64,000 nt of DNA from a virus. How positions within the stretch are numbered: position 1 is the first letter of the stretch; each line of letters begins with the position of its first letter. This document shows positions 30,101 to 37,853 of this stretch, piece by piece. Below the pieces are notes generated by a model. That model had not been told where the DNA came from and did no database searches. It worked only from the letters and a program-made list of their open reading frames with translations. A program made the position numbers and the translations under genes. The DNA lies in the IMG/VR virus record IMGVR_UViG_3300022921_001386; one strand, given 5' to 3'.

Positions 30101-30493
30101 ATGAAAATAAACGAATTTCACGATATGGATATACCAGATGAGATTGTTCCAAAGCCTGACTATGATGTAGCAGCAGACTTACTAATCTTTATGCGTAACG
30201 ATCCTATGTTTTATAGAAAAACATTTTTCCCAGCGGTAGAAACATACAAAGAAAATGACAAGGATACTTCGCCTATTGAAAATATGATCAAGGGCGGACT
30301 AGGACAGTATTGTCAAAAGTTTAATATTCTTAACCCAACAGACGAACTAATGGGCGAAGGTGATATACAAGAACTTGCATTAAAAATAATACAAGATGAA
30401 ATGGAAGACATTTCTGAAGGTAGAAGTCCTCATAAAAAAGGTACTAAAGCATACAAAAAGCACATGGCAGCGATCCACGCTAACGGAGGCTAA
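30101..30493 (+). CDS. hypothetical, putative head-packaged protein
   Basis: MKINE N-terminus; basic C-terminal module after ISE. Confidence 0.65.
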   Translation: MKINEFHDMDIPDEIVPKPDYDVAADLLIFMRNDPMFYRKTFFPAVETYKENDKDTSPIENMIKGGLGQYCQKFNILNPTDELMGEGDIQELALKIIQDEMEDISEGRSPHKKGTKAYKKHMAAIHANGG

Positions 30494-30494
30494 C

Positions 30495-30695
30495 ATGGAC
30501 ATCAAAGACTTACAGCACCTAGCAGGAATACGCAATAAGTTTACCGGGTACACACCTTATGTTCCTGAAAACATGAGTATCACAGGTACTGAAAAAGCTA
30601 AGATACAACGCAAGAAAAAAATACAACCTGGCACTGAAGAATGGTTTAAACTATGGTTTAGTCAGCCGCATCTAACAGGCGAAAAACCAACATGA
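30495..30695 (+). CDS. hypothetical protein
   Basis: GGAGG RBS; MDIKDLQHLAGI...IQPGTEEWFKLWF. Confidence 0.65.
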   Translation: MDIKDLQHLAGIRNKFTGYTPYVPENMSITGTEKAKIQRKKKIQPGTEEWFKLWFSQPHLTGEKPT

Positions 30696-31150
30696 GAATG
30701 CAAGAAATAACCGAAGGACGCCTTTGGGCACAAACAAACGATTATTTAAATATGGAGCCGCCTCCGGCTGTATATGCCAAGTATGCTGTGTCGCATTCGC
30801 AGTTTCCAGAACTTAAAGTTATTAAAGGAAATATACAGGCGCTTGTTGATAACAAACAAGATTTGGCACAACTTCAACAGTGGCTCAACAGTAATGGGTA
30901 TGATGCAGGAGCAGTAGACGGAACATGGGGTCCACAGACTCGTGCTGCATTGCAAGCGTTTAATCAACATTTTGTAAATTCATATAATCGTGCTAAACAA
31001 CAAAGAGATTTAGCTAGATTCTTTAGAGTAGTTGATGCTGTTATGTTTGTTGCTAATCCGGCTGCTTTTGTTACAAATAAAGTTCGTGGAGCAGCAACAG
31101 ATGCAGTAGCAGGTACAGTACAAAACGCATTTCAAGGAAAAACCAGTTGA
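30692..31150 (+). CDS. peptidoglycan-binding domain protein
   Basis: MRMQEITE leader; LQQWL...GYDAGAVDGTWGPQTRAALQAF. Confidence 0.7.
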   Translation: MRMQEITEGRLWAQTNDYLNMEPPPAVYAKYAVSHSQFPELKVIKGNIQALVDNKQDLAQLQQWLNSNGYDAGAVDGTWGPQTRAALQAFNQHFVNSYNRAKQQRDLARFFRVVDAVMFVANPAAFVTNKVRGAATDAVAGTVQNAFQGKTS

Positions 31151-32043
31151 AGATTGAACACTTAGATGAAGGCGTAGGACGTATTATAAAAGGTGTAAAC
31201 ACTACGCCCGATGTCGGAGTGAATCAAACCAGTATAGAAGCAGGTAAGTTTGGAAACAAAGTAGACAAAGATGGACGTCCTCCTACACTTAGTAGTGCAG
31301 TTAAAGGTAAAAGTACAAATGTACTGTTTAACTTAGGACTTACCGAAGGTATAAAGTTGCGTTTAGAACGTGATAAGAATATTGATGTATTGCATATTAT
31401 GGACACCAATGACAAGCAACGTATTGAAGTGCGTGGTAAAAAAGGTTACGAAAGCGGTGGCTATGATTCAAAGGATAAACTACACCAAGTATTAGACCGT
31501 GTGGGCAAAGCTGCTAATATAAGTGAACTTATGAACGGTGAAGTAGTAAGTATCAATCCTAACCATCCACAAGGCACAAGAGCAATACGCACTGCTAGAG
31601 ATGTGCTACAAACTGAAAGTGCTCGCAGCATAATGGAACAGGCCATTATAGAAGGTGGACATAGTTTAGACGACTTAGACAAGCCTACACCAACTATAGC
31701 AGAGCTTGTTAAAATGCACGGTGTACCTGCTAAACAAATACTAAAACAACTTGAAATGGGCATCGAAGCAGAATATGAACACACTAGTGATTTTGAAGTT
31801 GCTAAAGAAATAGCATTAGATCACATTGCCGAAGATCCGAGTTATTATGACAAACTAAAATTTATAGAAAACTTTGCTGATGGTAAGAAAAAAGAAACTA
31901 TAGAAGAAACTATTCGCAAGCAAGGTGACAAATATGTTATCTATAGCAAAGATGGTAAAAAGAAACTTGGCACATACAGCAGTCGCAAGGCTGCTGAAAA
32001 ACGTTTAGGACAAATAGAGTATTTTAAACATGCTGGTAAGTGA
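31147..32043 (+). CDS. modular hypothetical protein (putative polyprotein)
   Basis: TTG start; distinct modules separated by (L/I)xE sites, incl. MGIEAEYEHT....AKEIALDH..EDP.YY.KL. Confidence 0.7.
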   Translation: MKIEHLDEGVGRIIKGVNTTPDVGVNQTSIEAGKFGNKVDKDGRPPTLSSAVKGKSTNVLFNLGLTEGIKLRLERDKNIDVLHIMDTNDKQRIEVRGKKGYESGGYDSKDKLHQVLDRVGKAANISELMNGEVVSINPNHPQGTRAIRTARDVLQTESARSIMEQAIIEGGHSLDDLDKPTPTIAELVKMHGVPAKQILKQLEMGIEAEYEHTSDFEVAKEIALDHIAEDPSYYDKLKFIENFADGKKKETIEETIRKQGDKYVIYSKDGKKKLGTYSSRKAAEKRLGQIEYFKHAGK

Positions 32044-32227
32044 GATTACAGAAAACTTTGCTGACGGTAAAGTAAAAGGCAAAAGCAGACCAGGACGAGT
32101 AAAGAAGTCTGGTGCTAGTTGCAATGGTAGTGTTACAGCACTACGCAAACGTGCTAAAAATGCAAGTGGTGAAAAGGCTAAAATGTATCACTGGTGCGCT
32201 AATATGAAAAGTGGTAAAAAGAAATGA
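32030..32227 (+). CDS. small basic hypothetical protein
   Basis: MLVSEITE leader, then NFADGK...HWCANMKSGKKK. Confidence 0.65.
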   Translation: MLVSEITENFADGKVKGKSRPGRVKKSGASCNGSVTALRKRAKNASGEKAKMYHWCANMKSGKKK

Positions 32228-32337
32228 CACAAGAAGAACTAGCACACTACATAGCAAAGTATAAAGAACATGAAGTGCAAAGAGCTAGTACTAACGAACG
32301 CAATGCGTATTGGAGAGAATACAATGAAAATAAATGA
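32224..32337 (+). CDS. small hypothetical protein (37 aa, not in ORF track)
   Basis: ATGA-coupled; MTQEELAHYIAKYKEHEVQRASTNERNAYWREYNENK. Confidence 0.4.
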   Translation: MTQEELAHYIAKYKEHEVQRASTNERNAYWREYNENK

Positions 32338-32503
32338 ACTATTAGAAACAACTAGTGCAGGAAGCGTAGCAGCAGTAGCAGCACCAATCGGTGGTATGCA
32401 ATCTCGTCAACCTAAAAACCCAGATGGTACTGCTAAAAATGCATTAGACAGTGATACATTAATGGCTGGAAAGAAAAAGAAGACTAAGAGTAAAAAGGCA
32501 TAA
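32324..32503 (+). CDS. small hypothetical protein
   Basis: GGAG RBS; MKINELLETTSAGSVA... Confidence 0.65.
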   Translation: MKINELLETTSAGSVAAVAAPIGGMQSRQPKNPDGTAKNALDSDTLMAGKKKKTKSKKA

Positions 32504-32533
32504 ATACTTAAACTACTAGTATGGAGCCAATCA

Positions 32534-32896
32534 ATGACTAAAAAAACAAATGAAGGTCTTGCAGACTTAGCTGATGTAGCTGAGCGCGACCACGAAGTAC
32601 AAATGGCACGAAGCGATTTGTACAAACTTGCAAAATATTCTATCAAACTACACGAGATGCTAAAAAATGTAAGTGAAGCAGAAGGTATAGAAGGATGGCA
32701 GCAAGCTAAGATTACCAAAGCAGCAGATTATATTTCAAGTGTATATCACGCATTGGATTATGACACAAAGTTTGAAAGTGTAAATGTAGCAGAAGATGCA
32801 AAGCCAAAAACAATAAAACGTACATTATCTGATTCTCAAGTTAAATCTTACAAAGGCAGTTTATCTGAAAAACTTTCAACTATAACAGGGAGATAA
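32534..32896 (+). CDS. hypothetical, putative head-packaged protein
   Basis: ATAAATA and GGAG upstream; DHEVQMARSDLY...EGWQQAKITKAADY. Confidence 0.7.
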   Translation: MTKKTNEGLADLADVAERDHEVQMARSDLYKLAKYSIKLHEMLKNVSEAEGIEGWQQAKITKAADYISSVYHALDYDTKFESVNVAEDAKPKTIKRTLSDSQVKSYKGSLSEKLSTITGR

Positions 32897-32898
32897 TC

Positions 32899-33105
32899 AT
32901 GAGAATACGTGAGCTATTTGAATCAGCAACTCTATGCAACGAATGCGGAAATCCTAGTTGGAAAACACTCGAGTCAGATGATCTTGATGAAGGTAAAAAG
33001 AAAAAGAAATCAACCAAGAAAAAAGGCAGCCACGGTAAAGTGTGCTGGAAGGGCTATCGCAGAGGTAAAGGTGATAGTTGTCATAAAGTAAAAGGGGACG
33101 GTTAA
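32899..33105 (+). CDS. small basic Cys-containing protein
   Basis: MRIRELFE leader; CNECG; LDE then Lys-rich CWKGY module. Confidence 0.65.
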   Translation: MRIRELFESATLCNECGNPSWKTLESDDLDEGKKKKKSTKKKGSHGKVCWKGYRRGKGDSCHKVKGDG

Positions 33106-33746
33106 TGGACTTTAATGCACTACAACACAAACTATTTGCAATGGATCCAGTTGATCCTAAAGAAGATATAGCAAGAATGAAAGCACAAGCTGCCGCTCCA
33201 GCAGTTGAAAGCAATAGCATTGACTATATTAACGAGAGTGCTATAGTTCCTGAAGGTTCCTTAAAAATGGATCGTGATTATAGTGTAACAGATTTTGCTG
33301 CACTAGCAGGTGTTACTATAACTGAATCACAAAGAACTGGCAGTGCTGGACAAGCAAAAGCCAATGCACCGATGCCGGCGGCAAAACCAGGGCGTACTAC
33401 ACATCCATTAAAAGATAAACTAGTAGGTGAATGCGCTGATGATACAGTTCGCATAGAAAAACTTGAAGATAAAATTAAATCACTAGAAGCTATTGTTATA
33501 AAACTAGCTGCAAAAGCAGGATTAGTTGAACGTGAACTTAGTAACGACGAAGAAAAAGAAAAAGAACGTCTTGTTAAGGGCATGAAGAAAAACAAAAGCG
33601 ATTTCAAAGATCGTTACGGAGATGATGCAGAAGCAGTTATGTATGCTACTGCTACAAAACGTGCAAAACAAACCGCAAGTGTGGATTATTCAGATGATAT
33701 TAAAACAAGATTGTATGATGCGTTAAATAAGAAAATGGGTGTATAA
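33105..33746 (+). CDS. modular hypothetical protein
   Basis: Modules incl. HPLKDKLVGE and E.LVKGMKK....FK.RYG....VMYATATK.AK. Confidence 0.7.
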   Translation: MDFNALQHKLFAMDPVDPKEDIARMKAQAAAPAVESNSIDYINESAIVPEGSLKMDRDYSVTDFAALAGVTITESQRTGSAGQAKANAPMPAAKPGRTTHPLKDKLVGECADDTVRIEKLEDKIKSLEAIVIKLAAKAGLVERELSNDEEKEKERLVKGMKKNKSDFKDRYGDDAEAVMYATATKRAKQTASVDYSDDIKTRLYDALNKKMGV

Positions 33747-36409
33747 TGAAACTAAACGAGTTTATCGTTGAAAATGTTTTAAAACAATTTAGGACAGCAG
33801 CAGGTCCAGGACTTTCAATGAATAATCCCGGTAATCCCGATGGCAGTCATGTTGTAGAAATCAAACGAGCTTTAAAGAAGCATACTCTTGTAACAGGAAA
33901 AACACAAAATGGCAGTTTTCAAACTGCTGGGCCTGCATGGTCAGGTGATGAGTCAGGAACTTGGGATCAAACATTAGACGATGCTATTAAAACTTGGAAA
34001 AATAGTATCAACATACAAGTTAATAATCCAAACGAACTAAACACTGCTTTAGGAGAACTACGAGAAAAAGATATTCGCTATCTTATTAGTACTAGTCTTT
34101 TTCCAGCTGGAAGCGGATCTATGGCAGGATTGCTACAAATAGGCAACAGTGGCACAACTCCTGGAAATCAAAATACTACTGCTACCTGGGAAGGACAAGA
34201 AGTTGATGTAAATCATGTTATTGATACTCCAGTTGGACAAGTAACTGATACAGCACAAATGATTGCTGCTATTGGCTTTAGTGGCTGGTATTTTATTCTA
34301 CAAGAACTACTTAACAAACGTGAAGAAAACACACAAGGAATACAACAAAGTCGAAACGCAAGACTAGCCGAACTCAATAGAATGATGGTAACCATCTATG
34401 AAAGACAAAATGAGCTTGGATCTAGATGGCTAGAGGAAGTATGGAAAAGAGGAGTTGTCCTTAAAATAAGTGACGGACTGACTGCTACTCTTGCAAATGG
34501 CGAGGAAATGGAGTTTTCACCGCCAAACTGGCGCAATGGGTCAATGCGTGAAGAAGCACAACAACTTTACGAATATTTTAGACAACTTGCAACAGGATTA
34601 ATAGCCAAGTTTAAACAACAAGACTCCGAAGCTGATGCAGCAAGAAATGCTCCAGATGTAGTTGATACACCTACATTAGATGCAACTACTACAACAGCAT
34701 GGGTTACTGCAATGAATCAGGCATTCGAAAATAGTATTGGTGCAGGTATTATACCAGGGGGTCGAGGATTTGGATATGATCGTGAAAAGATCAGCGATCT
34801 AATGAATCAACTAAACACAGCAGGAGATTGGGACCAAGTTGAGGAAGCATACGATGCACAGTTTGAAGATCTATCAACACAGCTAGTTGATGAACTTAGC
34901 GAAGCTGATTATCAAGCCCTAGTTATAAGACGACTTACTGCATTAAGAAGAATAAATCCAAAACTGTTGTATGCATCTATTGTTTGGGGACAAGACACTG
35001 ATAGCATGGATGTTAGTATTGATGATGACACCTATACTGTTGTTAAACAGTTAGATAGTAATGGGTTTCCTGTGGTCAACAAAGGCAGACGTGAAGTTAA
35101 CGATGTATTAGTTATTGATGATGCATTGAAGGCAGCGATTGAACTATCTGGTGGAACTGTTCCTGATCTAAACATTGAAGCTAATGAAGAACACCGTGCA
35201 ATGGGCGGCGCTATTATTGTAACAGTAATAAACGATCGTGTTCCAGAAATGACAGCGTTTTATACAATGCAAGATCCGTTTAGTGAATCACAGTTTAAAT
35301 CATTAGGTCCGAGACGGTTGCTAGGTATAAGTGAAGGTGCTGCGGTGCTTGTAGCAAATGGTTCAAGTGAAGAATCTGTTGCACAATGGATACACGGACA
35401 AGTTATAGACGATAGACTTTGGCTTATTGGCGATGAATCTCAAGATATCGAAGGTGCTGCTAATGTTCATTTTGATAGTAGGTATAGAGACGAAAGTGAA
35501 CAATCAGACGGATTCGAAAGCGATGATGATGATGTTGAAAATACAGAACTCGAAACTGATCTTATAAACAGATTATTCAGTCCTGATGCACGAAATGCTG
35601 CATTGGCAGAACTTGGACAAATATCTCCAGACACAGAACTACAAAGAGTATATGACAGAGTTTATCGCGGATATCAAAGTACACACGGCAAATGGCTAGA
35701 CGAAGATATTACACAAGTAAGCGAATTAGAAAACTATGTAGAAGGTGATCAAAACAATATTCCAGATGGCTTTAAATCTATCATGGGTAAAATAGGCATT
35801 CCATATGCTGCACCAACACTGATGGCCCAAATATTTAAAGAAAGTATGGAACCTGGATGGTTTGGTTGGGGAACTGATGATAATCTATTAGGTGCGTTGA
35901 TTGCACAAATAAGAAATAGAGAAGATTATTTACAAGTAAATGAAAGATACAAAGCAAAATACGGTAGCGACTTAATCGACGATGTTGATGCAGAGGATAG
36001 TAGTTGGAAACTCAACAATGATGGTGAATTTGTTGAAGCACTTAAACTTGCTATTGGAGAAGATGTTGATATTACACGAGAAGGTATAAGCACGCCTGCT
36101 ATGAGAGCATTTTCTACAATGCGTAACGAACCTACAGAAAATAATATTGCAGCCTTTAGAGCAAAGATTAGTAAATCTAACTTTGATAGTGTTGGCGCAG
36201 TAATGTATATACTAGATGAAATCAATAATATTGTATTAGCAACTCCAGGTGCATCACCGGAACAACAAGAAGAGTTTTTACAAATCATTGCAGATTTTGA
36301 AGAAACATTTGAAGGTGAAAGAGCTGAGCGTAGAGGATATAGTGCGCCAAAGTTTGAAGATATAATTGCTGACTGGAAACTAAACAACAGCGATCAATGG
36401 TTTCAATAA
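33746..36409 (+). CDS. large protein with annexin-like repeats and a degenerate N-terminal peptidoglycan-binding-like segment
   Basis: MKLNEFIVE leader; GWGTDDNLLGALIAQIRNREDYLQVNERYKAKYGSDLIDDVDAE resembles the annexin repeat. Confidence 0.6.
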   Translation: MKLNEFIVENVLKQFRTAAGPGLSMNNPGNPDGSHVVEIKRALKKHTLVTGKTQNGSFQTAGPAWSGDESGTWDQTLDDAIKTWKNSINIQVNNPNELNTALGELREKDIRYLISTSLFPAGSGSMAGLLQIGNSGTTPGNQNTTATWEGQEVDVNHVIDTPVGQVTDTAQMIAAIGFSGWYFILQELLNKREENTQGIQQSRNARLAELNRMMVTIYERQNELGSRWLEEVWKRGVVLKISDGLTATLANGEEMEFSPPNWRNGSMREEAQQLYEYFRQLATGLIAKFKQQDSEADAARNAPDVVDTPTLDATTTTAWVTAMNQAFENSIGAGIIPGGRGFGYDREKISDLMNQLNTAGDWDQVEEAYDAQFEDLSTQLVDELSEADYQALVIRRLTALRRINPKLLYASIVWGQDTDSMDVSIDDDTYTVVKQLDSNGFPVVNKGRREVNDVLVIDDALKAAIELSGGTVPDLNIEANEEHRAMGGAIIVTVINDRVPEMTAFYTMQDPFSESQFKSLGPRRLLGISEGAAVLVANGSSEESVAQWIHGQVIDDRLWLIGDESQDIEGAANVHFDSRYRDESEQSDGFESDDDDVENTELETDLINRLFSPDARNAALAELGQISPDTELQRVYDRVYRGYQSTHGKWLDEDITQVSELENYVEGDQNNIPDGFKSIMGKIGIPYAAPTLMAQIFKESMEPGWFGWGTDDNLLGALIAQIRNREDYLQVNERYKAKYGSDLIDDVDAEDSSWKLNNDGEFVEALKLAIGEDVDITREGISTPAMRAFSTMRNEPTENNIAAFRAKISKSNFDSVGAVMYILDEINNIVLATPGASPEQQEEFLQIIADFEETFEGERAERRGYSAPKFEDIIADWKLNNSDQWFQ

Positions 36410-37086
36410 TAGTGGACGAGTACGATTTAGACGAGCACGAACTTTATCTAAAATATCCACAACATCACAAATGGTGGAATAAACTTTATCTAGCAGAAAC
36501 CATGGGCTATAGTTGTGGTCCAGGGGGTGTAAGAATACCCAGCACAGGCGAATATGTAATACGTCCTATATACAATCTTATAGGCATGGGTGTGTGTACA
36601 ACTATAAAAGTATTAAAACAAGGTGATTGTACCAGCACACCTCCGGGTTACTTTTGGTGCGAATACTTAGAAGGCAATCATTACAGTGCTACATACGAAA
36701 ATATCAACGGTACATGGAAACCTTTACACTGCTGGCAAGGATTTAACCGGAAATCAAATGTTGTAAAGTTTAATAAATGGATACGCAGTGATTATACACC
36801 AACCATTCCCAAAGCTATTGCTAATATAAATAATGTAAAGTATATCAACATTGAATACAAAGGCGACAATCCTATTGAGTTGCATTTTCGTCCTAGTGGC
36901 AATCCAGATGGTACATCGATTAGTAAGTGGAATGAATATATTCCTATATGGCATGATACTACACAGTTTGAAAAAGACAAACTAGTTGACCAAGGATACA
37001 CTTGGATAGATAATCCGTATGATAACTGGATGGAAGACATGGAGCCGTATTTGAACGAAAGGCGGCTCGGGTACTATGTACGGTAG
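36397..37086 (+). CDS. hypothetical protein, possible ATP-grasp fold
   Basis: YVIRP..N..GMG, FWCEYLEG.HYS, INIEY....IELHFR resemble ATP-grasp motifs. Confidence 0.5.
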   Translation: MVSIIVDEYDLDEHELYLKYPQHHKWWNKLYLAETMGYSCGPGGVRIPSTGEYVIRPIYNLIGMGVCTTIKVLKQGDCTSTPPGYFWCEYLEGNHYSATYENINGTWKPLHCWQGFNRKSNVVKFNKWIRSDYTPTIPKAIANINNVKYINIEYKGDNPIELHFRPSGNPDGTSISKWNEYIPIWHDTTQFEKDKLVDQGYTWIDNPYDNWMEDMEPYLNERRLGYYVR

Positions 37087-37513
37087 AATTGATTTATCCA
37101 AAGTAAAATACAAACTAGATCCTGACATTTTTTTGCACAAACCTAGTTGGAAAGAAGCAGCACACGTATACAATGTCTATTGTAAATACAAAAACTTTGA
37201 TAGTGTGTTTCCATTGTATAGTGATGATATTTTACAGAATGATTTTCATTGTTTGTATATAGACAATAAACTTGTAGCATGGGAACAAACAAGAACATAT
37301 ACAAATGACAAAGTTGCATTTAGTGATCAGTTTGCATGGGATTACAGCAATCCAGAAGATAGAGTTGGTTGGAGATTTAGCTACCACGTTCCGGCTTATT
37401 ACAAGTCACAAGGTTATAAGTATCTATACTTAGGAGATCACCACGACTATAAAAGTCGTATTCAAGGATACGAAATATTAGGTCCAATAAAAACACTTGA
37501 CAACAAAACATAA
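37076..37513 (+). CDS. Ate/Bpt C-terminal-like (GNAT-fold) aminoacyl-transferase
   Basis: KLVAW...FAWDY......G......YYKSQGYKYLYLG....YKSRIQGYEIL resembles ATE_C. Confidence 0.5.
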   Translation: MYGRIDLSKVKYKLDPDIFLHKPSWKEAAHVYNVYCKYKNFDSVFPLYSDDILQNDFHCLYIDNKLVAWEQTRTYTNDKVAFSDQFAWDYSNPEDRVGWRFSYHVPAYYKSQGYKYLYLGDHHDYKSRIQGYEILGPIKTLDNKT

Positions 37514-37525
37514 CTACTGTATATT
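37497..37525 (+). promoter_or_regulatory. sigma70-like promoter
   Basis: TTGACA-N17-TATATT upstream of the DsbA-like/polymerase genes. Confidence 0.65.
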
Positions 37526-37549
37526 AAACTTAATAAAAAGGAGTATTGC

Positions 37550-37813
37550 ATGAGCGATAGAGTATATGGACAAGAAGAAAAAGCCAAGCTAGAACGTCTA
37601 GTTAAAGAAGGTGTAACTGTACTACAGGAAATCGAAGATCTGCAAGGCGGATTAAAAGAAACTGTAAAAGCAGTTGCCGAAGAACTAAATGTTAAACCAA
37701 GTCTTATTAACAAAGCCATCAAAGTTGCACAAAAACGTGACTGGAGTCGAGTTGCAGACGAATATGAAGATCTTGAAACTATTGTTGCTACAGTAGGATA
37801 CGATACGGAGTGA
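37550..37813 (+). CDS. dsDNA-binding protein (T4 DsbA-like)
   Basis: Helical; LKETVKAVAEEL.VKPSLINKAIK; AAGGAG RBS; sigma70-like promoter. Confidence 0.55.
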   Translation: MSDRVYGQEEKAKLERLVKEGVTVLQEIEDLQGGLKETVKAVAEELNVKPSLINKAIKVAQKRDWSRVADEYEDLETIVATVGYDTE

Positions 37814-37853
37814 ATGAAAAGAAATATAGTATAGTGAATAATAAGGAGACTCC

